Source: Setoptus koraiensis (taxonomy: Eukaryota > Animalia > Arthropoda). From it: a stretch of 64,000 nucleotides of DNA. This document shows, in pieces, positions 51,601 through 64,000 of this stretch. Numbering within the stretch: the stretch's first letter is position 1; every line of letters begins with the position of its first letter. Position numbers and translations under genes: made by a program. The notes below the pieces were generated by a model. That model was not told the DNA's origin and did not search any database. It saw only the letters and a list, made by a program, of their open reading frames with translations. The stretch lies in assembly GCA_048013815.1 (NCBI GenBank), contig CM106586.1, positions 2,480,001-2,544,000 on the forward strand. The letters are read 5' to 3'.

Positions 51601-54600
51601 GTTGGAACAGAAACAATCATCTAGTAATTATTTATCTTATGAATACGGGACAACTTTAGCCCCGCCTCACGAAAACAGCCGCCAACAAGAGGACGATGAC
51701 GACCATGATGTTGATGGCGGCCAATCAACACTGCCAACGAACCACTCATCACTAGCCAACCAAACTGCGTTGAGAACAGCCAGTAACACAGACGACCACA
51801 CCGACAATCAGCAGCATCATAATTCTTTGGTGCTACTTAAATTAGAGTCAACCATTGAAAGGTATCGCCAGAGATTGCATCTACTGGAACAGTTTGTCAA
51901 AGTATCAACCCAAAAGGTGAGCAGACTTTACTATCATATCTAATATATGTATATATATATTATTAGTAGATTAGACCTCTGTGCCTGGCATGAAAAAATG
52001 AATGAAAAAATGCTCACCTGAGCATCGGGGGGCACGTGAGGCACATTCACTATCTTTTTCGTTTCATTTTTATTATTTTCAATGTATGATACACATACAT
52101 GTGATACACACAAACTAATGATATGAGCAACACACTTATCTCTAGCTAGAGCAGTCAAATTAGTCGACCACATACTGCCCCCTTTATGCCCTCGAAATTA
52201 TTCATTTATTCATTTATGACTGAACTCATTACAGTAGCTTGAGAGAAACACATAGTTATAACAAAGCAACACAGTGCGATTAACATAGTAGAGCGGGGAG
52301 ATATTTCAATCAGGGAAACCTAGTCCAACTATACTGTAGTAACAACCAGTGAGTATTGTGTATTTTGGAAGGGGATCCGTCCAAATGACCAGTTAGCTCT
52401 CACAAACGGACCACAGTTTGTCTGGCGATGGCTAATGGGCAGGCTAACAAACAAATAGTCAGTTGTTGATGGTATGAAGACACTAGATGATTGCTAGCAC
52501 CAGCTCACATTCCGTTACTCCAGTAAAGTATAGGATGTTGTTTAGTTGGGCCTAGTTCTTCTTTTGGTGCTCGATGTGCTCAAACCGCCAGCATGTCGCC
52601 CAACAGTTAGTTGTTATATATTGTCAAAGTATGGAGGCCATCAGCTCTTTCATTTCATAAAGAAATAATAATATTTATGGCATGAGTGAGCTCCTAGAAT
52701 GTGTTGATCTCAACACGCTTCACAAATAGCTTTATCCGATCTGGTAATGGTAAACCACATCAGATGCTCGCACACAATCAACCCAAAGGCATCGCAATCC
52801 ATATCTGCTGACAAGTCTTGTATTATACTCCCGCCCCACTTAGTCTGCATTGGACTTGTATCAGTTCAAGTCTTCTTTCCAGATGCCTGCCAGATAGAGG
52901 CAAGAGGGAGTGAGTGCGAATAAGAGAAATGAAAAAGTGGGGCGAAATAAGCGGTATATACGCACATAGGGATCGAAAGAGAGAGAAACTGGCAATAGAA
53001 AAATGTGACTGTCTAGTGTGGCGAATAACATTAGCCTTTGTGTCTAAATCGAATGAGATTGTCCTTGAACGAAGGGGAAATTCACCCTCTCTGTTGGGTG
53101 GCAGAAAGATTTAAACAACCATCTCATGTTATACGAAAGTGCAAGTCTTCTTCGCAAACATGCAAGATAAAAATGTCTTGGTTGTGTGTCATCATCATCA
53201 TGAACAACAACAACACGCGTATCCCTGTTACAACATGCCACTACAACCTTCTCTCCCTATGTATCGCACCCTTCATTTATTTCTCACAACAACCTTGACA
53301 GGTTGTATGTTTGTCTAGATGTATTTGCCTGTATTAGTTGGCGTGTGTGTATGTGTTTGTGTGAGTGGACCGAGGGAAGAGAAACTCTTATTCTCAATGT
53401 AATCTATTAGCTGCAAGCAATATCGGAAGCAAAAACGAAGTAGAAAGAAAAAAATTTGTGATTGTTGTATTGAAAATTTAGCCATCTCAACAATTGATCT
53501 CATCAAGATAAAGATCGCAGCATTGTCACCCGGCAACACACATCATGGCGATATCATGGCCATATCATGAAAAAGAAGTCAATGCAATATTATGGTGATG
53601 GTTTAGAGCTGGCTAACACGAAAATCTGTGACAGAGGCAGCCAGTTGTGGCGGAGCAACAATGACTTCTCACACACACATTATTATTTTCGTGATGATAC
53701 AAGTCGCCTAGATCACGAGAACATTGCCACCACTTCACTATCAATGCTCTCGCCTCTATATCACCTATCCTCTAACTTTCTTTTATTTTCGTCATTGATA
53801 CCAATGTATCAGCAGACCATGGTGGCGCAACTCTGAACGTCTCTTTGTATGTACGCTTCCCTGATTGTATCCACAAAAGAACGGTCAGAGCATGTCGCAC
53901 TTTGAACGGACCCAGATGACCTCGTAGCAAGACCTTCAAAGAAGGGGGGACCATACCGATTTGCTCTTCCAACAACTTTAATGGTCGCCAACGCCGCCAC
54001 CGCGATAAATCTCAAATGGTTGCCTATATTCAGTTGTGCTCTGAACACCGTGTGTTCTCGCGAGTTTGTTTTTTTTTTTCATTCTGAGCTGGAAATACAG
54101 AAGGCAAACAGCCAGGGCAAGAGATAGATAGGGCTACAGAGAGAAAGAGATAGCGAATGCTTGCAACTTAACCGAGATTTTGTAACCATAGAGAACGGAT
54201 GAAATATATATATCTCCCTCTCTTTCTCTCTCTGATGATAGAGTGCTGGATAGAGGCAACACCATACTTCATGCGCACGTATGTGTAACTGTGAGTAGTC
54301 GGACAACGATGAATACATGTTAACATTACTTCAGGGGGCGCCTGATTCTACCACGGGCCACCCTGTAGCCTGATGGCGGTGCAGAGAACAAGATCGATAG
54401 AGTAGCTCGACAAAAGAGAGTTTTCGTTGTTAGTTTAGTTACTGTACATCGGTGGACGCATTAGCTTGTCAATGTCAGCCGCCTCAGAGTGACGCCTTTT
54501 TCTTCTTTTATTTATATTCCGTTAAATGTATCATCAGCATCGCGGATAATCACAACGTGGAACAAATAATAGCCTAGTCTAGTTTGTTTGCTCTACCTAT

Positions 54601-57600
54601 CCATTGCTATTATGTCACAAGATATGTTACTGTCGAGATAAGACTGGGCCTGGCTGATTTTTGGCCCCACCAAAATGAAACATGCAAGAGAAAAAGAGAG
54701 GCAATGAAAGCAAGCATCGCTAATAAGTGGACTCTACAAAACTCCATTAATAGAGGAAAAGCAAAAGGTTTTGCATGATTAAATCTGATATTTATAGGCA
54801 GGCACCGCCCAACAAACCCGGTTCAATAGGAATCAGAGGTTCCTCTATTGTTGTTTATGTGATCATTGCAAGCGTGACAGAGGGGAAGAGCGAGGTGATA
54901 GAGGAGAAAAAATAGGACACCATTTAGAGTGCTCTCGAAAAAGGATTGATACAATGACTTTAGGAGGGCCCCCTCTACCAAGTTCTTCGTTGTTTTGGAC
55001 TTTTGGTATGATCAGAAGTTATCAGTGAACTTGTATACACAGGCACATTTTTTTTTTACTTTTTTACCCCAATGGTACCTTGGTGGGTAAGTGAGATAAG
55101 TTTTTATGGTGATAGCAGTTCTCTCTAATTTAAGTAGATCTGTCGCAGCCATACAAGTTCCACTTGTCACCACCACATATTGAGCGAAATTCTCCTCTTA
55201 AATTCAGCCACCGAGTGCCAAGTGAATGTGTAGTGGTGATCGAAGTAGAAATGTTCTATAGTTTACCAGATTAGTGATCCAAGCGTGATATGTACATCGG
55301 CCTAGCTGTACAACACGCTCGAGGGGTGGAGGAGGCTTAAAACTGTCTGTAGATGTGGATGTGTTTTATGCAAATACAAAAAATTAAAACTCAACACTGC
55401 TATGCTGCTCTGTTACTCAATTTAAACTGCTTCTTCCAGGAAAATTATCACACCAACAAATCTCTCCTTTGGTTCCCACAAACTTGAAAGGCCAGCAAGA
55501 TGCAAATTCGATTCTAAACAATATTTATTTATTCCTCCATTCCTCACCTATAACATTGCGTTGGCCGTTTGTGTATGTATGTGTCAAACCAAATGAATCA
55601 AAACAACTAGTTGTACACAATGGTGCAGCGTGTATCGGATCTAGAGAAATGCGATTGTCACATTGGTTGCCATTGGAATAACACAAGATATTCGGATGGT
55701 TACACGTGGCAGAGTGACTGTGATATTTGTACATGCAATGTAAGTAGCCCCAAGCCTACATGTTCAATATATTGAATTGGCTCGCTCTCTGCCAATCTCT
55801 CTGTTTGTGTTCGGGGAATCGATTACGTTTGTCCAACGTGTGTATCAGCAATAGGATTCGTGTCGTAAGATATTTATCATGGATATTTACGCAAAGAGAT
55901 GGATGCTTAGACAACAACAGTGAACGGTCGACAGCAGTTCGCATCACTAGTTTACATGCATCGTTGAATGGGTAATGTCAACTGACACGAGCAGCAAATA
56001 TATATTATTGGGCAAATTAGTTATTCGTTATCTTTGGAGGCCCACTCCGAGCTGTGTTGGTCACACAGCTCGGTCACACAAACAAGCCCAGACATGTCTG
56101 TCTATGGATATGAAGCTTGAATTGATAGCTGAAATGATACGCGATAATATTGGGGTCTGGCTGCAATGTCATTTCCTGTTTAAGATTAGCGCTGCCACAC
56201 GCCCCGCTAATGACTCAAACGTCACATAGGTCGGACGTGGCAATTATCCTTCAGTATATGCTGTTTACGCAGTGTTGCTAAGCTAGCACAAAGCTGCAAC
56301 AAAGAGATGAAAAGGGAGAGAGCAGAATTCATTCATTTTCCATGTGAGAACATTGATAAACACGACAATACTAATCATTCTCTTTGAATTTTCTGCCCTC
56401 CAAACAATGTATTCGCATCGCATTGCCTATAAATGGATGTGTCTAAATTTTTCAATCTAATCCCAATTGTTACGCGACGACGACGACGATGACGACATAT
56501 AAATCATGCAAAATACGCTAAAATGATGCCTGAACCGGGCCCCTGTTAAACTGCACAACGCTACAACGGAAACATAAACACACAGCGAGGATCTGTCAGT
56601 TGTAAGCATGTAATCTGCGAGCCAAGTCCGTGCCAGGAGTTGCACCATGTCCAGGGCCGATGCTGTCCAGTGTGTTACAGTAAGTATTAGATATTTCGCT
56701 GTTTGCTGGTCCCATTTAGTTGTTGTACGCCTCTCGCAGAGCTTATCTGGTTAGCTTAGCTGATTGCTCTGGCCTATCGCTATTTATTTTATCGTCGACA
56801 AACACCATTTGGCGCCTACTACTAATGTGCGTCAGCCGCCGCTGCCACACCACGACAACTAATAGAGTCGCGCAAACACGACCCATTGTTGGCACAACAA
56901 CAACAAAAACGACATCAGCAACAGCGGCAGCAACATATCCCGTCTGTTGGGCTTGGCAGGGCCTGTTGGGAAAGCTGGGCCCGCTCTAAAGTGGTTGATC
57001 TCTAATCTTGCCCATCTCGATAGAAATTTTCAATCTAGCCGGGCCTCAACCAGAAGCGGCGGCAGCGGCAGCAGCAGTGCAATGATGAGGCGCACTCGAA
57101 TTAGGCAGAGGCGAGAAGAGACTTTCGTTGTTGTGACATCGGCCTGTAGTCCTGTGAGAAAATTTCGCTCGCGACACAATTTCCAGACAAATTTTTGTGT
57201 TCTAGCTTGCCAAAATGATGTTTGTCGAAATTGCAATATTAAGTTGCTGATGCTGCTGCTGCTGCTGTTGTTCTGTCATTATGTTACAGCCGCCCACTGT
57301 CTTGCAACCGCCTCAAATGTGGCTGCTGGCGCTGGCAACAGATCGTGGCTTGAATTTCTTAAACTATTGTCGTTCCCCTATCGACAATTAACATTCTGCT
57401 CTTTGCGTCATCGCGTTTGCACAAACAAAATTGTCAGACGGCGGCCAGCCAGCCGCGTCGCTGCTGATATCGCTGCTGTGAAGTTATTTAGTTGAAAGCT
57501 GCCTGGCCGACGAGACTAACATCAGAGGACCGGATCTGTTAATGAAAATGTTTTTTAAATTGAACTATGAACACCGCCCTTTGGGACGCCCTCGTCGCCA

Positions 57601-60600
57601 GATGTAGCTCGGCATGTTGCCTATATATGTATGGATGGTAAGATATGTCAAGTAGAGCGAGAGACGGAGTGTCAACTTAATCGAGCAAGTGTTTGTTCGT
57701 GCGAGCGTCGCTAAGCCCAAATTTTGAGCCTCGAGAGATAGATTTGTTGTTTTTGTTTGTAAAGACAAAGTGGCTCGGCTAAGCTGCTAGGGAGCACTTA
57801 TTTCAGAGGAAACAAACGCACACTTTTACACACAAGCTCGCGAGATCAACCTAACGAAGCCCAACAGAGCCCAACGGAACTCGATTGAACTCAATGGAAT
57901 TCAACGGAACCCATTGGTTCTATTGGACATGTTTGCTCTTATCAATTCGTTCTTTGAGCTCGCTTTAGCCATTAAAAGTTTGTCAAACGTTTTTGTTTTG
58001 TGACATGATGATGTTAGGTATGAATTATTTAACATGCCTCAGCGGCATATATGAGATTAGATACCACTGCTATCAGATGGCATCATTAGCCAGACGGCCA
58101 GTGGCCGCCAGGTCTTTCGCTCGGCCGGCCACTGACCACCGATGGGCGTCGCAGATGGGGGATATCCAGTTGGCAGATGCATGTCCAATGGCCTAAATGA
58201 AATTCAACCTAAACGATATGACGCCATGTGAATAATCTGTTTGAGCACTTAGTGTTATCGTCAACATACAATGTATATGCTCTTTGACTGGCACTTCTGA
58301 TGGGCGCTCATCATTTTTGGTAGCCCACACTACAATTTGAGCCGAATATTGGTGTTGCCTCTTTCACTGCTAGTTGTGTTTGGTCTTTGGTAGTCCCAGT
58401 ATTTGGGCCGCACAGGCTTGTTACTCTGTAGGCTTCGTTTCACAATAATTTGTTTTTGTTGAGTGTCGAATAGTGACGGCTTAACGAGTTCAGGCAGAGA
58501 GGCACCGAAAGATGAATTAAGCGAGCTGCAATTCATCTTTTAGTACCAAACAACAACGACAACTACTAACACGAACGGTTCAATCAGCAAAAGGTAATGT
58601 TGTGACGAAAATAAAAAGAGGAGCTGGACTGAAATTCTGTTATTTGGTGACAATGATTGCGAGGCCGATGGGCCCCAGTGAATCTAAGCACCAACAACAG
58701 ACACAATGAGGAATTCTGCATTAGCTTGTTATTAAGCAAACACAGCAGAGATAGAGAGACTCATGGTCGTCGGTGCTATACCGGCCCAGAAGTGTCCGTA
58801 ATACCGGCTCTCTTAATATAAAAGAACGACCACACATGTGATGTTCGCAAGATTAAGCTCATCATGTAACTGGCCATAAATTTATTTAATCATCTCAAGT
58901 GACGGAGAGACAGCGGAAAAAATGAACCCAAAAGGAGAGTTTTCATTCATTTCGTATACAGTATCCAACTCCTACATACAACCTTACACAACCAATTCCA
59001 TATAGCCAATGATAGCATAATCCATGGCTGGCTACTCTGTTTATAGCACCTAGGTGCCCATTTTGTTTGCAAGATAATGATATAAAGAATGTTAGAGGCT
59101 CCATTTGATCTCGCCAGTCGGGCTCCTCAATCCAACCCAATTGAATTTAATCCAATTCAATTGCGGCCAGCTCACCACCAGTTGTGTGTTTGAGGTTGAT
59201 CAGACCACCGCGACATCACACCACATATGTATTTGCATGTCGGGTTGCAGTTGACTGATCAATACATAGATCATTGACTGGCAGCAACCATAATTGCCGG
59301 CTATCACATATCAGTTGGGCCACAGAAGGATTACTACGATATCCAAACCGTATCTGCGACCAATATACTTTTCACGTGTTTGCTGACTCCAACACAGTTT
59401 ATACATCGCGCGAGTTATATCCTTTTGGGTCAATCTAGTCTATTGCACGCGCTCCATATAGCCCAAATGGATTTGCCTGGTACCCAAATAGATAGGGGCG
59501 GAGGCCATCACCTAATTGGCTCAGTAAAGTATAGTACACTTTGTGGTGTAAGCTACTGCTTGTTTGTGAGGCCCTTTAGTTAGTGCGAGACACGTGTTCA
59601 ATTTGTCTTGTTCTCAGATCGCTGGTGGCGACGAGTATTCGTTTCGAATTTCCACTATACAAATGTTGGCTCGTGGCGAATATTTTTAATGAGAAGCCTG
59701 CTGAAAAGGTCTGGCTGGAGTTGTCACTTCGAGACTGTTCCTGCTAGCCACCACTCGAGAGAGCTTGTATTTTCATTACGATTTTATAATTGTTTTTTGC
59801 CTATGGGGATGTCGTCTATAGTGCATATCATCCATTGGGTGCATAATCTGGAATTCAATGATTATGGTATTCAAAGGTAGATGCATCAAGTTCAAAATGG
59901 TATAAATGTTGTTCGTGGGGGGAAATCATGCCGGTGCAGATAGGATGCACTTGATATTGCTAGCAATGGCTAACTAACAACTAGAAAACATTTTTATTAT
60001 TTCCACAAACTTCCTCTTTATCTCTCCACTGGGCTCTGGCCGTGTATAAATAATGAACTAATAATATCACTTGATATAATCTTCGACTTCTAAACCATCC
60101 ACAGAGACGTGTAAATTTAACGATATAACACTAAAGCATGGCCACAAGACCATTATGAGCATCAACAATTCCACTTGTAAAGAATGCATCTGTTTGGTAA
60201 GTGTCAAATCGTCAATTCGATGATGATATCCCGCAACCCATACGTTGGTAACTAATTCAACCAACAGTGAATCATTAAATGAATCGTGATTGATATCTAA
60301 TATTATTCAATATACAACATGTGAATTTTTGTCGCGACCCCACTCAGGATGGCCGGATCAAGTGTCATCAGGTCGAGTTAATTTTCTCAAAGGATCCGCT
60401 GCTGGCCATAAGAAAAGCGTCGTCACCTGATAGTTTAGACCATGATAGGCACGATAGTGGAAATGCACAACTAATCAGTTTTAATCAATCAAGCGATACA
60501 AATAACAAATCACAAATGACAAACGACACCATATCACTGCTTACAAGTAACAGTCATCATCATCATCATTATGATGCATCATTTGATCATCACAAGCACC

Positions 60601-61680
60601 TACTATGTCCGCCCATTAATTGTCCACCGGAGGATAGATTTCATTTGGTGAACGATTGTTGTACCTATTGTAAGGATTTTGATTTTTGTTTTCATCGTGG
60701 CCACCAATGTCACGAAAATGCTCATTGTATAAACATAAACAATTCTTTTAGTTGTGTTTGTGATAGTGGCTTTACGGGTAACGGAAGGTACTGTCATGAC
60801 ATTGACGAATGCCAAGATGACTCCATGAACAATTGCAACAAAACAACTAGTGTTTGTACAAACATTAGGGGCTCCTATAAATGCGAATGTTTGCCTGGTT
60901 ACGCAATCAAGTCAATGGCGCCCAACGATGATACTACAACAATAACTAGCAGCAGTATAACACCAAGAATCGAGGGATCTTGTGAAGGTGAGACTATCTT
61001 TTTGCATATGCTGTACATACTTGATAATCAATCTCTTGTCATTGACTAATACCATCGACTATCTTCAATTTAATACTTCATACTTACTTTATACTCTTAT
61101 AATGATGTCAGATATTGACGAATGCACCAAAAAAGAGTGGAACAATTGTGATATGAATGCCAGATGCGTTAATAGAATGGGCACCTTCAAATGCAGATGC
61201 AACAGAGGCTATCTAGGCAACGGACTTGAGTGTCACAAGTGGATCACATCGGCCTCCAATGTGGCCAATTACAGACATAATCATAGAAAAAGAAAAAAGA
61301 AATTAATGCAAGACAATGTGGACAATTACGTCAATGGTGTTGCCGTCGTTTATCCTGAAACGACTAAGACGGCGCAAACAGCATCCGATATGCACGATGC
61401 CAACAATAAGACAACTCACATGCAAACTCTTGATGCGACTGGAGATTTAGATAACATTATTGTAACTATGGCATCATCACCGTCATCACATAGAGTGTCG
61501 TCACAGCAACAGTTCAACACGCCCGTTTTGAAGCCAATAGACGAAGACGACGATTATGACGATACAGACGACGAAGAGGAGGACGAACAAGATGAGAGCG
61601 ACATCAACGAGCAAGATGACGACAGCAATTACATCGTTGATGCGGCTGCCAGACTCCAACTGAAACAACAACTACAACAG
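42227..61680 (+). CDS. Nell: NELL-like secreted protein (signal peptide, coiled coil, 2 VWC, 3 EGF/cbEGF). Exons 42227-42419, 51420-51916, 55611-55739, 56586-56679, 60105-60196, 60348-60987, 61112-61680; terminal exon unresolved (candidates start 61960 or 62240)
   Basis: Seven exons with GT..AG boundaries join in phase (2214 nt, 738 codons). Signal-like MRAAKFCPIVYVMIVLVGQVGG; coiled coil LESTIERYRQRLHLLEQFVKVSTQK-LYTMVQRVSDLEKCDC; VWC1 CHWNNTRYSDGYTWQSDCDICTCN-RGSVSCKHVICEPSPC...CCPVCY; VWC2; EGF FCFHRGHQCHENAHCININNSFSCVCDSGFTGNG; two DIDEC calcium-binding EGFs. This domain order is that of NELL1/2. Exons 3-5 are absent from the ORF track and were found by reading. The exon1-exon2 link is the least certain. 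Confidence 0.8.
43564..43611. repeat. 12-bp minisatellite, 4 copies (YYYCATCGAGMR)
   Basis: TTCCATCGAGCA TCCCATCGAGCG CCCCATCGAGCG TCTCATCGAGAG. Confidence 0.85.
44454..44480. repeat. (CA)13 microsatellite
   Basis: Direct reading. Confidence 0.9.
45546..45608. repeat. Four CAGTTG-cored units at exact 19-bp period
   Basis: CAGTTG starts at 45546, 45565, 45584 and 45603; the two middle units share TGGCCAGTTGAGCCG. Confidence 0.8.
48623..48650. repeat. (AG)14 microsatellite
   Basis: Direct reading. Confidence 0.9.
57847..57916. repeat. Degenerate 10-bp tandem repeat, ~7 units (GAAYYCAAYG-like)
   Basis: CAACCTAACG AAGCCCAACA GAGCCCAACG GAACTCGATT GAACTCAATG GAATTCAACG GAACCCATTG. Confidence 0.7.
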
Positions 61681-64000
61681 GTGAGTTTTGACAATGTTTG
61701 AATTTGCATAGTAATGAGAAATTTGCAAAATTGAATTTAACCTTGGAATATTTTTGATCGAAGTTGAATATTTGAGCATTGAATTTTCTAATACAAAAAT
61801 TTATTCGCACTTACATAAATATCGAATTTGCATGGCAATCTTGGGTTATTTGCATAACATTTAAGAGAGCTATATTGACTGACAACCGTAGTGAACGGCT
61901 TATTAAAGTGCTCAGATGCAGCAACGAAGGTCAAGATCTGCTCTTCATTTTTTCATCAGGTTATTTTATTATCGCTACGTCTAGTATAAGCGGGGCCCGG
62001 GTAGCTGCCCGGCGAATGAACGATGAATAAAGATGTTATGGCGAGTTGAAGGCTTCCCAAAATGCATCTAGCAGCAAATTCAATATGCAAATGTAAAGGA
62101 TGGCAAGGCCAACTAAATGTCTGTATTATGTAGACGACAAAGGGCGTTTAAAATATCTTGTCGCGCTCTAATAAGCAACCATTAGAACGTAAACATGTTG
62201 TTTTGGTAAAAGGGTGCTTTCGGGTATTTTTTTTGCCAGAAGCCGTTAAACCGGCCGCTATCAAATGGCCAAATAGATTCTCAAATGATAAACTGATCGA
62301 TCGATATTTTGGCGAATCGTTGGTGGCATACAGAGAAGGCGTACAGATAAAGACAGGTATAGACAAGTATAAACAGGGCAGGCACGTACAATGCGTCCGA
62401 CCCGGAGAATGCACCGGTAGATGATAGGTGCAGATGAAAAAGGCAACGAAAACAGTTATGAAAGCTGCACTGTATACTTGAGACGTCGAATTCTTTTGTA
62501 CGCATGGCCGATTACATAACGGCTATCCGATAGCTCATGCGGCTCTTTTATTATTATTATTATTATTGTACTACATTATGTTTGGTGTGCAAGCGAAAGC
62601 AAGTATGTTTAAAGATTATATCTCTATGTCCTCTATGTGATGTGCGAATGGAGTTGGAATTGGCAATTCACAATTGAGTATTATTATTTATGTACGCGAG
62701 CCTACAGACGGATACAAACATGACCTGATTTCATCATCCACGCATCATAGTCACAGTTAATAGCGCCGTCGTCCAATAGATAATAACGACGCGATAACGC
62801 TGTTGTTGCCGAAGCATCTATATTGGCTCATCATTAGCAACATTTATCAGATATTCACCTGACCCACGGTGTGTATTTTATGGCTTTATGGGTTACGAGC
62901 CGTTGCACCAGCAATAATCGCTTGTATATTGCAACATAATATTATATCTCAAACTGTGTGCGTTAACGATTATAACTGTGTAGCTATACTGTAAATATAT
63001 AACAATGGTGGTATAGGAACGTTCATTCTGTTGTGCTTGCTTGTTCAAAGGATTGGTCTTGGTGAAGTTTGTGCGAGCAGTTGAGCGTTTGGCGGAGGCC
63101 GCCCGAGTGATAATAACGATATTGATGTCGTCAATGATAAGTAACGGGGCCCCGAATCAAAGTCACGCCCGTTGACCGGCGTGCCATGGGGCCTACAATA
63201 ATAATGAAATATCAGTCATGGTCAATATTCGTCGTCATGACTCGCAGCTCATCGTTTGTCATATTGACACGCAAGTTACATGCAAGTGGCAGCACTACTA
63301 CTCGAAATATCTTCCTGTATCCTGTGTGATCACTGAGAGGCCTCTCAACGACGTAGCAACTGTCAGAGGCACGTCACTCGAGGCTGATATTTAAATGATT
63401 CCATCAAGTGACACCGGACAGCGTATACGAGAAACAGCAAATTGTGTAAGTGCTTTCATTTTATTACGATTGTAGCGACAGCGTTCACATCAAGAGTAAA
63501 TGAGAAATGCATATTTCGTTGGCTTACGCTCATATGCTTGTCCGGTGCCTATGCATTATGTGATCCACTAATGGTTACTTGGAACAGTCAGACAAATAAA
63601 CAAGCCAATGAATAAACAAGTCAATGAATAAGCAAGCAAACAAATGGACGGTACAGTAACTTTTGGCACTTGCTTCGAAACCATATTGAACCGTTAGCTT
63701 ATCAAGACGGTGCTAACCAGAAAGTAGCCAGTGGACTTGTTTCAATCTATTGATGATCTACATGATTATCACAGGCAGTGTAGTGTGTGACGGGGCGCTT
63801 CGCCAACTTGCTGGCCAACTCTTGCCTGGCTAGCCAATTAAGTCTAGCCAAACTGGATCTGAACGAGCAAAAGTGTTACTCAGAGTGTTAAAGTTTAACT
63901 GCAAATACTGTAGGTATCAACTGTTTCGATTCTTACATTCAAACGAACCAACAGGCGAAGCTCGTTTTGTGCCAGGCCGCTGTGAATTAAAGATAAAATG

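Noticed and set aside
56947-57495. 182-aa ORF with a Leu-rich signal-like stretch inside a NELL intron
   Set aside because: The Leu run derives from a (CTG)n tract; no strong donor and no recognisable domain.
1-64000. tRNA, rRNA, CRISPR arrays, telomeric (TTAGG)n, intact transposons
   Set aside because: None recognised on reading. Short ncRNAs could be missed without tRNAscan-SE or Infernal.

Overview
Eukaryotic, AT-rich, microsatellite-rich DNA with spliceosomal GT-AG introns. It is most consistent with a compact arthropod genome, probably an acariform mite and possibly eriophyoid-like (inferred from gene content, extreme intron loss and Q/N/S-rich insertions; not verified by search). Positions 1-11.7 kb hold no gene I can support. 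A dense housekeeping block follows: a short COMM-domain gene (+) and, only 55 bp later, a 3-exon BLOC-1 subunit 3 gene (+), convergent with a 2-exon cyclin B3 gene (-). Next come a 5-exon NRF-6/acyltransferase-3 gene (+), a single-exon 12.6-kb TRRAP/Tra1 gene (+) and a convergent intronless SUMO1-type gene (-). From about 42 kb to the end lies a long-intron NELL-like secreted protein gene (+); I reconstructed 7 phase-compatible exons, and its last exon is unresolved. Best leads: (1) a possible dicistronic or alternatively spliced COMMD-BLOS3 unit in which the COMMD ORF sits inside a GT..AG interval; (2) a NELL-like protein apparently lacking the LamG domain and C-terminal VWCs, with a split VWC2; (3) a ~320-bp element closed by a perfect 24-bp inverted repeat, plus a nearby 13-mer in three copies, upstream of cyclin B3; (4) non-canonical AT3 catalytic motifs. 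No tRNA, rRNA, CRISPR array or intact transposon was recognised. All exon models were built by hand and need RNA-seq confirmation.
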